From Eledone cirrhosa (taxonomy: Eukaryota): 64,000 nucleotides of DNA. The position numbers and the translations under genes were made by a program. The notes beneath the pieces were generated by a model. The model had not been told where the DNA came from. It made no database searches and saw only the letters and a list, made by a program, of their open reading frames with translations. How positions within the stretch are numbered: the stretch's first letter is position 1; the number at the start of each line of letters is the position of its first letter. The stretch covers positions 250,232,001 to 250,296,000 of the forward strand of contig OZ024740.1 of assembly GCA_964016885.1 (NCBI GenBank), read 5' to 3'. This document shows positions 1 through 16,870 of this stretch, piece by piece.

Positions 1-1290
1 TCTGCTTCCCTCTTTGCAAAGTATACTTGTTGTCTAGCTTCTCTCCTAACCACCCGATAGAGTTCTCTACTACCCCCATCTTGCCATTCTTTCCAAGCCT
101 GCTTTTTGCCCTTGATGGACTCCTCCACCTTACTGTTCCACCACCATGTCACTCTCCTCCTGCCAAACGGTCTGTTCCAACCATAGATTTCATCAGTCGC
201 CTTCAACAGGTTAACTTTTGGGAATTCCTACTGTTCCTTTATATTGTATGTCTCTAATTGCTCTTCCTTACTGTGGAAAGCATCAAGTAATATGCTTTTA
301 AATTTGTTACTGGCTGCGGGGTTCTTCAACTTCCATAATCGTCTCTTCAAGTTATTCCTCTGCCGATGAGTATGTCTGGCACTGACTATGCAGTTACTAA
401 CTATTAAGTTATGCTGGGAGGTGTATTCTTCACGAGGGAAGGACTTAGTGTTCTCAACAGACACTCTGTCTGTTTTCTAGTAAGGATAACATCTATCCGG
501 CTGGTGTGCTCCCTTGATCTATATGTGATCAAGTGACTGTCACGTTTTTTGAAGTTTGTGTTGCAGACAGTCAGGTCATTTGCATCACAGAATTCCAGGA
601 TCCTGAAGCCTTCCTCATTTCTAGTACCAAACCCGTAACCTCCATGGACTCCATCATAGCCATCACAATGTTGTCCAATATGACCATTAAGGTCGCCAGC
701 AATAATTATATTGTCACTGTTCTGAAAAGTAGTGAGCATTAGAGACTCATAGAACCTGTCTTTAATAGCGCCTGGTAATCCGGATTGGGGTACATAAGCA
801 GAAATAATTGATACAGTTGTCCTATTTAGTACTAATCTTATTTTGATGATCCTGTCATTCACTCTATCTACGGCAATTACCTTGTCTGCCCATTTTTCTG
901 CTAACATAAGTCCAACACCACCCAGCCCGCTATCACATCCCATCCAGAAAAGTTTATTGCATCGTTTCTTGCCCACAATGAATCTAGCCGACCCACCCCT
1001 CCACCTGGTCTCTTGAACACAACAAACATCAACTGCCTCATGTTCAAGCATCTCTGCAACCTCATTTGAGCGACCTTTCAATGTACCTACTTTCATGGTA
1101 CCAAGTCTGAAATTTTGGATTTCGTTGGGAAGGAGGTAGGGATGGGATGGAGGCACGGGGAGGGGTGTGGGAGACAGAATTATGTTGGTCTTGGTCTTCC
1201 ATGTCTGATATAAAGAGGAGTGTTTGCATGCTCGCCTGGAGACAGGAGGTGAATTTATCTTTGTCATTGTCATTGTGAGTGCTCAGATTT
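1..1290 (-). mobile_element. RTE-clade LINE, 5' part (APE endonuclease and linker), degraded, runs off window start
   Basis: ORF 404..1273 has APE motifs (VCCVQETRW, SAYVPQ, IAGDLNGH, CNTNFKK); minus strand of 1-150 reads TWWWNSKVEESIKGKKQAWKEW. Confidence 0.9.
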
Positions 1291-2189
1291 TCCATCTCTG
1301 TAGTCCATTTATCATAGTGAACAACACCCAGATCTAAACTTAAGAAGTAGTGGCCTTGCGACAGAGATTAGTATTAGAAACCTTACTATAAAGCCGCTGA
1401 GTTTTGATTGGACCAAATAACTATGGTGGTGAGTGGGAGTGGGCAGGAGGGTAATGGGTGACTTCCGGAAGGCAAACATGTAATAACTAACATGGGAGAG
1501 ACTGCAAAAACAAAAACAATAGACAAACATAACAGGTTTTTTAAGAAGACTTAACTCAAAATGGATGGAGGGTAGGAGCGATTTGGATTCCATCACAGAG
1601 TTTTGTAGCTTGCTTGAAGCATTGTTGAATAGGAAACATAAATTTAAATTTTGAAAACCAAACAATGCGTTTGAAAGAATATTAAATCTCCAAGATAATA
1701 AAAGAATCTTACCTTAGCAAATTTAACGATCGCAAATATTTTCAGGTTTAAAAACCCATTATCAAGGGAGTAACCCTATGACAGACTTAAAATCGATCTT
1801 AATGACTTGCTTGTTTGGAGAGCAGATTTAAGTTAAATGAAATGAAAAGATGTTAAAATTTCAAATGTGTGCGTTGTGAAATGTATGATATATGCATGTG
1901 TGTGCATGAATGTAAGTGTGCTGAGTGAGATGTTTGTATGTGTGTGCATGAATGTAAGTTTATGTAGTGAAAGGTATGAGCGAATATGTATATAATAAAA
2001 CGGGAAAATATGTGTGCGATATATGTATGTGTGCGAGTCTAAGTGTGTTTGTCTAGTGAGGACGTGGATTTAATTTGAAAAAAAGAATGAAACTGGCCGT
2101 TATGATGTTGGAATCTAGGTTTTTAAATTAGCCATTCTGGTACACTTCTTTCCATTCGATTATTGATCCTAGATTTTAATTGCTTTATT

Positions 2190-3075
2190 AAGACGGTTTC
2201 CTTAATTCTCAGCGTGCCTATACCACGTTCGGTAGCTAAGATTGGGGTGGTAATGTTGTCCCATTTCCACATTTGATGATGTATTTGCGGAAGGAAGAGG
2301 AGTTGATGTTAATATGCTCTTTAATACGGAGATGTAACGGTGGTGCTGAGGCCGAATAGTGCTGCCTATGTAAAATAGATTGTACTTGTTACTGTATACT
2401 TCGTAGGTATGTAGGCAACAATTAGTGTTGCAGATAGGTCAATTGGTTAGGGTGCAACTCTTAAACCTCATTGGGGTTTGCCTTGTGGTGAGGCATCTTT
2501 GCAGGGAAGCTCCAGAGTGAGCTAGTTTGATATTGAGGCCCTCTCTTCTGATGGCTTTGCATAAGATGTGGGATCTTGAAGAAGCAACTGTTGTTTGTGT
2601 TGGTCCGATCTCTGGGCTTGGGGTTTCGTCATGGAGTGGAGAAGGGAGCCGGGTAGCCGTTACTCTCTAGTACCTTGTGGAATCGTCTGATGTGGGTGGC
2701 TCTATTAGCAGTGTCACTGCAGCGGTTGCGTATGTGAACCATTTTAGAGCTGTTGGGGAGGGCAGATTTGTAATGAACAAACAGGTCCCTGCTGGCCACT
2801 TTGCAGTAGAAATTGGTGTGGATTTCACCCCTATCAGAGATGTTCAGTCTGCAATCAAGTAGAGCGAAGAACCCGGAGTCGGTGGGTTGTTTGATGCTGA
2901 AATTGATGTTATTGTCAGCATTGTTGAAAGATTCAAAAATCTTGTTGGCATTATCCTTGGTGGATGTGAGGATGAGTATATCATCCACATATCTAGTGAA
3001 GAAAGTGCAGGTGTCGCAGGAGCTGAGTACTCGGCATTCAAGCCTGTTCATAAAGGCTGAATCCCATGGGTAGTC
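2190..3075 (-). mobile_element. Penelope-like element fragment (RT thumb and GIY-YIG), degraded
   Basis: ORF 2629..3051 FTRYVDDILIL...FVHYKSALP; downstream frames give FYIGST..LHLRIKEHIN. Confidence 0.85.
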
Positions 3076-3094
3076 AAGAGGTCGGTCGGTAGAC

Positions 3095-3234
3095 TAATAT
3101 TCTATTTAGGAACCGAATGATTCTCAGCTCCGATTACGATTTTAATAACTTCTGTCATTTTTGTTCAACAATTTTATTTACATTATTCTTAAACTCCGGA
3201 GCTGAGAATCATTCGGTTTCTAAATAGAATATTA
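3095..3234. repeat. 38-bp inverted repeat (one mismatch) with ~64-bp spacer
   Basis: taatattctatttaggaaccgaatgattctcagctccg (3095-3132) is the reverse complement of 3197-3234. Confidence 0.9.
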
Positions 3235-3339
3235 TTCTAATGACTCCATTTATACCATAAACGTGGTTTTGTCTTTGCATGAAATTGTTCTCATCGCTCC
3301 ACATAACGAAGTATTATCTTCACTTTTTCTCCATTCATT

Positions 3340-3510
3340 TTCAGGGAACGTCCTCACGAACCAAAGTATCATCTTCCTGTTTTCCTTTGGTTGCAATGTT
3401 TTCCGAAATATTTACTTCTGCGTCCACAGATTGATTTTTTTTAGTTTCAGAAGATCCTGTTAATGGTGAAAGCAGTGATTCTTTGCTTAAACTTTAATCT
3501 GTTATTTTAA
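3340..3510 (+). repeat. Dispersed repeat also found inside the Helitron at 45390-46177 and at 15678-15862
   Basis: cagggaacgtcctcacgaaccaaagtatc...ttctttgcttaaacttta matches reverse complement of 45560-45863 and 15700-15860. Confidence 0.8.
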
Positions 3511-3524
3511 TATATATATATATG

Positions 3525-5135
3525 CAGAGGTTATATTTAATTTGTTGGGATTCAACAAGCTTAACATTTTTTATAACTGATATAAAGCACTCAACAATTT
3601 AGTGGAGTAAATATACAATATATTAATAAATGGAAACTATATTTATAAAACCATATTTATTTTATTAGACATATTTCAAGGGCCACCAAGGTAAATTATG
3701 GTGCGCTTTCATCAGATAAAATACAATACAGATTAGTTTTATAAATAAATATTGACATACCCTGAAAAAAGACAACCTTAGCGGTTGGAGCTTCCTGGAT
3801 AGTGGAGATATTACATTTATTGAGGGTTATAGAGAATTATGATTGAGTATGCAAATGAGTGTCCGAAAGGTTTAAAAGATAACGGTTTATTTAAATTAAA
3901 CTGTTGGAAGAAGGTGATATTGTGAGGGAGAGAGAAAAAGAAGGAATAAATTATATATATTTTTTTGACAGTGGAAATATTGTGGAGAGAGGATAACGTG
4001 ATTATATTTAAGTGAGAGAAAATATTAGTTATAAAGGACAAATACAGCGTAAGTATGTTTACGTGAGAGGAAAGAAGAAGAAACGAAGAAATGACGATAG
4101 CATTGACTGATAATAAAGCATTATTCGTTATTATACTATTTATAATGATAGGTTGAAAAAATATGATTAAAGGTTTAATTAATAAATTTGATTAAAGGTT
4201 TAATTAATAATTTAATAATTAGTTTAAATGTGTATGTTAAGGATTATAAATTATTAAAAAATATACATTATATATTATTTAAAATTTGTAAATATCCAAA
4301 TAATTCTAAATTTATGGAAAAATTTTCCGAGAGTTTACAAAAGAATAACCACTTATTTGTATTAAATAACAGTAAAGTGTAAAGGAAGTTATAAGTGATT
4401 TATTAATAACTCAGATGACTCTAAAGATTAAATGCTATAAAGTAAGTTTATCAAGAAAAAATGTTTCTTTAAAGGAGTTTCAAGCAGTCATATAAGGGAA
4501 TTTAATGATCTATCGATAGGTGTAGTAATATATATGTGTGAAGTAGAGATAATAGAAAATAAGTTAAATATATGAAATCATTAAATTCCCTTATATGACT
4601 GCTTGAAACTCCTTTAAAGAAAAAATTTTTCTTGATAAACTTACTGAAGGGTTTAAGGAAATCTTTTGAAAATTCCTTTGAAGGATATATTAAAATAAAC
4701 TATATTTTTATATTTTTATATTCTTATATTTTTTCAAAGTTTTTAAAATATATATATGTGATAAACATATGGGTTTTTTTCTGTGTATGTGTGGAGTAAC
4801 TTATGGTTTATGCTTTAAATATATTCTTATGAAAAATGTTTGTGCTTTATGCTTTAAATATAATCTTATGAAAAATTTTTTTAATGTTATAATTTTTAAA
4901 CTTTATAGCAAGTAAATTTATAAATTTATGACTTTGTATAAAATAAATTTTTAAACTTTATAGCAAGTAAATTTATAAATTTATGACTTTGTATAAAATA
5001 ACATAAAGTTCATGTTCTAATTACATTCTTAAGATAGGAAATTTAACCTTTTAACTTCTTAACTTTAATCCTCAGAGTCATCTGAGTTATTAATAAATCA
5101 CATAACTTCCTTTACGCTTTACTGTTATTTAAAAA
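3525..5135 (-). mobile_element. AT-rich PLE pseudo-LTR-derived element with internal inverted repeats
   Basis: 3530-3730 resembles the pLTR at 53000-53210 and 59890-60000; IRs at ~4350-4417/5075-5132 and ~4441-4508/4577-4644. Confidence 0.6.
3656..3723 (-). ncRNA. Type I hammerhead ribozyme motif in PLE pLTR (helix III imperfect)
   Basis: minus strand: tattttat CTGATGA aagcgcacca..tggtggccctt GAAA tatgtc TA ataaaata. Confidence 0.7.
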
Positions 5136-5370
5136 TGTGGCTGCGTATCCAAAACTATGTTTCCACTATGAGAAGAGTTCAGTGTGGCCAACTTGCCTGC
5201 CCTCTTCATAACAAGACCGTCCAATTTCACACTGTAAACATGGTTGGTGTTAGGAAGGGCATCCAACTGAAAAATCCCGGCCAAATTTACAGTTCTGTCC
5301 AGACTTCTTTTTTGACGTCGTCTAACCCATGCAAACATGGAAAATGGATGTTAAACGGTGATGATGATGA
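5135..5370 (+). mobile_element. Short RTE-derived non-autonomous element with (GAT)n tail
   Basis: gttggtgttaggaagggcatcca motif (also 5' of the RTE ORF at ~16850) and aaatggatgttaaa..gatgatgatga 3' end. Confidence 0.65.
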
Positions 5371-5581
5371 TATATATGTGTGTGTGTGTTTATGCTTATA
5401 TTGATGATTGCTAAAACTAGTATTATTTATATTGTGTTCTACTATACCCTGTAACTTGACAGTTCAAAAATAGAATAAGCAGCAGACTGAATTAACTCTT
5501 TCATTACAATATTTCTAATGTATTTGAATTCATTTATGAAGAATTTGGAGAGCTTTATTAAAATTATTATTTCATTATTAA

Positions 5582-5772
5582 GACGGTGAATTGGCAGTAT
5601 CAGTAGAGGGTCGGACGCCAATCTTTGACGCATAGAGTTACGGTCCTTGCTATTCTGAGTTCAAATCCCACCAAGGTTAACTTTGCCTTTCATCCTTACA
5701 GGGTCGATAAAATAAAGTACCAGTAATGCACTGGGTAATTACTGGCCTTGTGCCAAAAGTAGAAACAATTAT
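5582..5772 (+). mobile_element. tRNA-derived SINE (Deu/Nin-domain-like core)
   Basis: A-box-like tggcagtatcagtag, B box gagttcaaatcc, core ttgcctttcatccttacagggtcgataaaataaagtaccag; apparent TSD attatttcattat. Confidence 0.9.
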
Positions 5773-6231
5773 TTCATTATCAAGAGGGTATTTGTCACAT
5801 AAATTAACAAAAAACTCATATATCAAATTATGGTGGAAGGTTTTCATTTAGATAGGAACCCTTTAAAAGGGGTGGGTATTTTTTTCATAGAACCAGATGT
5901 GGTTTTGGGTGGGTAATGTGGTCAATATGATTGCGTGTTCCCTTGAAGGCAGTTTTCTGGCATGGTTGCAATTCAATGAACGAAACCAGTAAAAGAATAT
6001 ACATACACACATATTGTCATTATGGGTTTATGAGCTGTGACCAGAAGTAATAGGAGCAACAATGTTATGTGAGTGGATGTGTCTGTAAGCTTGTGTGAAA
6101 CCCAGACTCTCTGTTGATTATTTTGTTTTCCATGCTGGATAGGACTTTTTGAAGTAGTGTTTTACAACACAAAAATACAATGCATTTATTTTAAGAACTG
6201 ATATATACAGACTGAAAGTATTAATGCAGAT

Positions 6232-6640
6232 AGATAGATTTCATTATTAGCCACAAGGGCGCAACAAGAAAGGGGACAATACAAAGACATGCCGGAGATT
6301 TTACATACAGTCGTGTAAAAAATATAAAAACAAACAATTTCAACAATCGAAATCCCCAATAGGGGGGAGGCACCACAAATGGGTTGTTTAATACCCCGTC
6401 GATAGAACAACCCTCAACTCAAGGAGCGTGTTGTGCAAGTGCTCCTTTCTTCCTTTTGCTCTCTTCCTCAACCTACAGGCTTATAAACAGAGAAGGCCCA
6501 ATCACTCGGGCCATTTTCGCTTCATTCACCCACCTTTCAGTAAATTTACTGGGGTGCAGTGCCTCTCTCTCCACCCTGATTCTCCTTCTAAAGTGATACT
6601 TAAAGAAGGGAATCAATTGTTGTCCGGAGAGAAATAGATA
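6232..6640 (-). mobile_element. L1/Tx1-clade LINE 3' fragment with (ATCT)-like tail
   Basis: minus strand encodes RRIRVEREAL..KRWVNEAKMARV and ends cccttgtggctaataatgaaatctatctatc. Confidence 0.85.
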
Positions 6641-7384
6641 ACGAGTTGTTTATTTATATAACTAAACAATGGAACTGCTCCGTTACCAATATAGTTTTCA
6701 TTAAATTTTAAAATGCTTCCTGTGGAGATTATTACCAAATACCGGTCTATCATCAAATACTAGTCTCTCAGAGTAAAGGAAGGTAATGTAGTCTTATATA
6801 AACTATTTCTGGAATAAAGATGAGTTGTTCACAGCTGGAATGTTTTTCTTTTTCATAGGTTTGCTCAAGCCTGTGGAAAGCTGGTAATAGGTTTAGGCCA
6901 GGTAAGAAATGTAAGCTTCATTTGAAATTGCTCATTAAATATTTTAGTAATCATGATTTATATATATGGAGTGTACATTATGAACTTACATGTAACATGA
7001 TTTATAAATAGGTTACAGCTATATACAAGTATATGTATATGTATATATACAAGTATATGTAGTGTACTTGATGTACGTATTGCTAATAGAACAGAATAAA
7101 AGAACTAGAATTTGAAGTGAGCATTCTCCCCCCCACCCAAATATCTGGCGGCCCATGTTTCCTGCTGCATACCCTTCTCTACAACTAATGATATGGCTGT
7201 ACAATAGTAGGACAAGTAATAATAATTACTAGAATGAACAAAGCAGTGCCTAGGTGAACAAAACAGTAGCTGTAATAAGAGTGTGTCCGTCTGTTTGCTA
7301 AACCTCTCCTATTTGTCTAGGCTAAAGACCCCTTTTAGTTACGGGGTGATTTTGCACCCCTCTGAAGCCTAAGCCTTGACACGT

Positions 7385-7625
7385 TTGTTTGTGGAAAACC
7401 AGCCGTTGCCCATGCATACCTGTCTTCCTTCTCCATGCTCTAAGAGAAAGACAAAGGGCATTACAGCTTGACCCCAGTGATGCTGTAACTCATTTTAACA
7501 TTGAGTGAACTGGAGCAATCTGACATAAAATGACTTCTAAAGGACAACACACTGCCCTACCCGAGAATTGAACTCACAACCTCACAGTGTAAGATTGTAA
7601 GCCCAATGCTCTAACCACTAAGACG
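7385..7625 (-). mobile_element. tRNA-derived SINE, second family
   Basis: minus strand: tagtggttagagcattggg (A box), gagttcaattc (B box), ttgctccagttcactca core shared with 11400-11450. Confidence 0.75.
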
Positions 7626-7631
7626 TACCTT

Positions 7632-7661
<30 letters not shown>

Positions 7662-7662
<1 letters not shown>

Positions 7663-8905
7663 CATTATCATTATCATGATGATGATCATCATCATCATCA
7701 TATTACGTCCACTTTTCCTTGCTTGCAAGGGTGGGACAGGTCTTATTCAGCACAGCATCTCTCCACTTGTCACGGTCCTTTGTCATCTCCTCCGTGAGCT
7801 TCAGCAATCTGAGGTCTGCTCTCACCCCCTCTGCTCATGTTTTTTGTGGTCTTCCTCTATTGCGTCTTCCTTCTACTGGGATTTCCTGGGTCTTCTTCAC
7901 CCAGCGATCATTCTCCATGCACATCACATGTCCATACCAACGCAATCTTCTCTCCCGCACACTACAACTTATCCCTCTTATACACAGTTTCTCTCTCAAC
8001 TCATCCATGCTTGGTCGTTCATGACATTAACATTTCACATCCAACGGAGCATGCTTGCTTCATTTCTCTCCAATCATCGCATATCCTCTGCAGTTGCTGC
8101 CCATGTCTCACTACCATGCAGCATCACGCATCTCACACAGGCATCATAAAACCGGCCTTTCTTTTGCAGGGAGAAACCCTTCTTTATCAAAGGAGGAAGC
8201 ATCTCCCTAAACTTCTTCAAATCCACCCTTATTCTAGATACTATGGCCTCAGAGCAGTCTCCTCCTTTGCTAATCTGATCACCTAGGTATCGGAAGCTCT
8301 CAACCACCTCTATAGAGCCAACCTGCATTTAAAAAATGTGTCTATTACTGCAACTTCTGCTATCAAATTTTCCCGTACATCTACTGCATATGTAGTTTTC
8401 TCGATTTGTTAGTTTGCCTGCTATCCCACTACATCTCTTGTGTACCCAAGATCTGCATTGTGTACATTTTATAGAATTTATGCCAACTCCTTTTCTACCT
8501 ATTAAACATGACAATTTCCCTGATGGAATCAGAGTTTTGTCCTCTTTTCTATTTATCAACACTTTAGTTTTAGCTAGATTCACTCTCAGTCCTCTTGATT
8601 CCAACTGCTGTTTCCATAGCCAGAATTTATTCTCTAGCTCCTCTACTGATTTGCTATAAGAACCAGATCATCAGCATAGAGAAGTTCCCATGGGCAGCCA
8701 GTCTTAAACTCCTCTGTTAGGTCTTGGAGGACTATAATGAACAAGAGCGGGCTGAGGACCGAACTCTGATGTACTCCTACTGGTATCTGGAATTCCTCAC
8801 TAAACTCCATTTCTACTCTCACTTTACTGACAGCACCCCTGTACATAGCTTGCACTGTCTTCATCAACCATTCCTCTACACCTAGTTTCCTTAGGGACCT
8901 CCAGC
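7662..8905 (-). mobile_element. RTE-clade LINE 3' part (RT with PHD-like insert), (GAT)n tail, degraded
   Basis: GVHQSSVLSPLLF..LLYADDL (8643-8867), Cys cluster (8329-8604), FRYLG..LHGSETW (8074-8328). Confidence 0.9.
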
Positions 8906-9300
8906 CTACATTGTAAAGTGGTCATGATGGCGGCGGCAAAAAGCACCCAGCCCACATTGTAAAGTAGTTGTGTAGGTTTCATAGCAAAAAACACCCAGCC
9001 CACACTGTAAAGTGGTCGTGATGGCAACATTGCCAAAAAGCACCACACTCACACTGTAAAGTCACACTGTAAGTGTCATGACAAAACTCACACTGTAGGT
9101 GTCATGACAAAAAGCACCCAGCACACATTGTAAATGATGTTGGCATTAGGAAGGGCATCCAGCCGTAGAAACCAAACCATAAACAGTTCTTTGTGAACAA
9201 GACACTGTCACCTGACCAAACTTGCCTCAAATGGGACAACCCGTCTAACCCATGCTAGCATGGAAAAATGGACATTAAACTATGATGATGATGATGATGG
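8905..9300 (+). mobile_element. RTE-derived non-autonomous element with ~45-bp tandem subrepeats and (GAT)n tail
   Basis: repeated aaaagcacccagcccacactgtaaagtgg; gttggcattaggaagggcatccagc; ends ggacattaaactatgatgatg. Confidence 0.7.
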
Positions 9301-9304
9301 TGCT

Positions 9305-10109
9305 CTGTTTATAATGTGCCGAAACATCAATGACCTGTAGTAAACAGCTGACGAAGGGAAACTATCCCTCTCTTGTTTGTGTCGCCTTACCTTCTAACAC
9401 TTGTTATCAGTAACCACACAGCCTTGCCTTCCACAATCCATTTTTTGTATTTACTGCTGTGACCTCCGCTCCATCCTCTCTAACTATCTCGCTCGATTTG
9501 TTGTTCCTGGTCGGACTTATATGCCGCACGCTTTTGAATCAACTCCCTACCTTTCTCTCTATCGTTTTGGCTTGTTTGTCGATCCTGGTTGCACGTGCGT
9601 CATACACCCTTTTGGATTTAACTCCCTTTCCCTTCTCCCCCCCCCCTCTCTATCCCTCTTACTCACCCCCTCTGCCTTCTACCCCCTCTCACTTCGGTTC
9701 CTCCATCTTTCTCTCTCTCTGCACTCACTTCACTGAAAATACAAGCGGATTTACCTAGCTCCTCTGTTATTATGGCCCCCGGGCTTAAACCCAACGGCTT
9801 TTTTTAACTTGATCTATTTTCTCTTCGGTTACTCACCTACATGTGCCATTGTCCCATCTTCTATCGGCATATTTACTTTTTTTTTTTCCTTTTCTTTCTT
9901 TCTTTCTCCTCACTTCTTTCCCTCGTGGCTTTTTGATAGATAAAAGGCTATGGGCTCACTATGGATAAATGTTCTGTTTATAATGCACTGAAACATCCAT
10001 GACCCAAAGTAAACAGCTGACGAAGGGAAACTGTCCTCTCTTGTGTGTCTCGCCTTACCTTCTAACACTCGTTATCAGTAACCACACAGCCTCGCCTTCC
10101 TCAATCCAT
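9305..10109 (+). mobile_element. Non-coding element with 137-bp terminal direct repeats (unit 669 nt), retrozyme/pLTR-like
   Basis: 9305-9441 repeated at 9974-10109; contains CTGACGA..GAAAC. Confidence 0.75.
9963..10036 (+). ncRNA. Candidate type III hammerhead motif lacking helix II
   Basis: ggata-aat-GTT | ctgttta..taaacag CTGACGA agg GAAAC tgtcc; helix I 7 bp, helix III bulged. Confidence 0.45.
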
Positions 10110-10219
10110 ATAATATAATAAAGAGAGGAGAGCGGAACTGCATCCAGAATATATTTTTTATCCTGTTTGTAAAATAAGTTGGATTACTTTAAATAAATAA
10201 TTGTTCTACTTTAAATAAA

Positions 10220-10390
10220 TAATTGTTTCTACTTTAGGCACAAGGCCAGCAATTATCCAGTGCATAACTGGTACTTTATTTTATCGACCCCGTAAGGATG
10301 AAAGGCAAAGTCAACCTCGGCGGGATTTGAACTTAGATCGTAAAGGGACGTAACTATGCTGGAAAGCACGGCGTCCGACCTTCTACCGAT
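10220..10390 (-). mobile_element. tRNA-derived SINE (Deu/Nin-like), 5'-truncated
   Basis: same core as 5582 copy; TSD taaataaataat. Confidence 0.9.
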
Positions 10391-11059
10391 AAATAAATAA
10401 TGAATGAATATTACATAATTTATGTACTAAATTTCGTAACTCTTGATTAAATATAAATAAATTTATTTCTTATTTAAAATTGACCTCTTTTAAAAGTTTC
10501 AAATTTCTACACATCCGGTATATCGCCGCTGCCACCACCACTTCAAGTACCATATATATAGACAGAATGAGAAAGAGAGAGTGTGTGATGAGAGAGATAC
10601 AGATAGTTAGAGTGATTATGTGACAGTTGATGCGTATGTGTATGTGTGTGTATGTGCACATACATACATCTATATGTATGAGTATATAACTATAATCGTG
10701 CAAACACAGACAAACTTACAAAAATACACGTTCACGGACATACTTTCACACAAACACATACATACATTCACACATATACATTTACACAAACACACATTCA
10801 CACATACATTTACACAAACACACACATATAGTCATGATAGTAGCATTCGAGGGTAAAATGAAATACAACTTTTTATTCATTTATTAACTACACAGTTTAA
10901 CTTTTTTTTTTTAATTCATTTGTATAAAAATTTAATATAATGCTTACAGAACGAAAACACAAACATATAATATATACAAAGGAAATGGAAAGGAAAAAAA
11001 GAAACAAACAAGCACGTAATGCACACATCTAAGACCACATAGGCTGGATAATGTAGTTA

Positions 11060-11290
11060 GCTAACAGAACACGGAATTTTAGGATTTTGTTCCTTTTAGC
11101 TGTGGATGCTGTAGCTCTCGCCCTTACCGCTGCATCCAGGATGTGGGAAGAAGCAAAAGAGTCACTGTGATGTCCCAGATAAGGCACCTGCCTCTTGACC
11201 AGGAGCACAGAGTAAGATCGTCAAGTCTTTTCCCATCAATTCTGGACAACCCAGATGGTTTCAAAATTGACGGGCCAAAGCTCTTAAGTG
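11060..11290 (-). mobile_element. CRE-clade non-LTR retrotransposon fragment (restriction-like endonuclease)
   Basis: my translation of the minus strand: SILKPSGLSRIDGKRLDDLTLCSWSRGRCLIWDITV, frameshift, DSFASSH..ATASTAKRNKILKF, resembling DGKRPDG..WD..AE..K..KY. Confidence 0.75.
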
Positions 11291-11397
11291 GTAATAGAAC
11301 AGTGTGTGTATGTGCGCACGCACGTGAGTTTATTGGCGTTCTTAATTTTGAGACATATGTGTGTGTGTGTCATTGTTTTTAAGTTAGAGACATATAT

Positions 11398-11702
11398 GTG
11401 AGCAAGACACTTTATTTCACATTGCTCCAGTTTACTCAGCTGTACAAATGAGATGATAGGGACCCCCAGTCCCTATCATCTCATTTGCAAAGTGGTCATG
11501 GAGGTGCCACAGCAAAAAAAGCGCCCAGCGCACACTGTAAAGTGGACGTGTAGGCGCCACGGAAAAAAAGCACCCAGCACTCACTGTAAATGAGGTTGGT
11601 ATTAGGAGGGGCATCCAGCTGTAGAAATCAAGCCAGAATCAGTTCCGTCCCACCCTTGCAAGCAGGGAAAAGTGGATGTAAAATGATGATGATGATGATG
11701 AT
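11398..11702 (+). mobile_element. SINE remnant with RTE-derived 3' part and (GAT)n tail
   Basis: gagcaagacactttatttcacattgctccag core; ggtattaggaggggcatccagc; ggatgtaaaatgatgatg. Confidence 0.7.
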
Positions 11703-11739
11703 CCCTTTCCTTCCTTTTACACACACATACACATTGTGT

Positions 11740-12382
11740 GACAGACGGGTGGACAGAAGTCCCTCAAATTTATATATATGTGAATGGAGTTCTACTGAAG
11801 CAGGTAGAGAAGTTCAGGTATCTCGGGGCCGTGTTCATGGCTGATGGAATGCAGGAGGCTGAATTAAGTGCAAGAATTGCAAAAGCTGATGCAGTAATGC
11901 GCCAGCCTCAGCAATCAGATGAAGGGGGTAGATGTAAAAGCCAAACTCGCTGTCTTCCTGGTATTCCTGCCAACTCTTACTGAGGATCATGAATCTTGAG
12001 TAATGACCAAAATAATACAATTGCAAATAAAAGTGGCAGAAATAGGATTCCTCCGAAGGGTCTTTGGAGTAACGTTACTCGATAAAGTACATAGCTCAGA
12101 GACCAGAGAGTCACTCTTGGTAGAGCCGCTACTTCTCCTAATTGAGAGATCACAACTCCGATATTATGAGCATGTGGTTAGAATGTCTCAGTAAAGAATT
12201 GTTGGACACATTTTTACAGGCAAAACTAACCGGCAAGAGACCCAGAGGTAGACCCTGAGCAAGATAATTTGGTATCCAGTTGGATCTGAGACATTTGCTT
12301 CTGACAGACTCACTGGAAGGAGTGTTTGAGAAGCACTCTGCCCCCACGACCCTCTCAGAAATAAGTGGGCGAAGAAGAAGAT
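11740..12382 (+). mobile_element. LINE 3' fragment (RTE-like RT C-terminus)
   Basis: LKQVEKFRYLG, AEIGFLRRVFGVTLLDKV, QLRYYEHVVRM, KRPRGRP; ends gaagaagaaga. Confidence 0.8.
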
Positions 12383-12796
12383 ATTGTCAATTTACTTTTC
12401 AATTTACATATATCTATATGCACATACATATGGACGCTACATATTCTAGCAGAAAACTGCACGTTTGGCGGTTTTTCTGCGAGTATATATAAAGCTTTGA
12501 TATGTTTGCTATAATTCAGATAACTATAAATAACATTTGAACAAGTTGGGTAAAGACCTCTGAAGGTGGAAAACAGTGAATAGAGATGCCTGCAAGAATT
12601 GAACTATAGATATCTTGTCTGGCATATGAGAGATGTGTGGTTTTATTTCGGCAGGTATCACTGTCTACGTTTTTCCTTATCTAGGGGTATCTTTTGTGAA
12701 TTATTCAAATATTATTTATAGTTTTTTGTACTGTGGCTTACATATTTTCAAAATTTGTTTAGTTTTTTTCTAATGGCTGGAATATATGTGACTCGC

Positions 12797-16870
<4,074 letters not shown>

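Noticed and set aside
1300-2100. Possible host exon or promoter (splice-donor-like cttacct near 1708)
   Set aside because: No coherent coding frame or partner exons visible; cannot be supported from sequence alone
5582-5670. tRNA genes at SINE heads
   Set aside because: Only A/B boxes, no cloverleaf; always attached to the SINE body
8905-9135. CRISPR-like spaced repeats
   Set aside because: Degenerate tandem subrepeats of an RTE-derived element with no unique spacers, in a eukaryotic context
12555-12690. ctgaagg followed by a long hairpin; also ctgaaga at 13439 and 22502
   Set aside because: No GAAA box or closing helices
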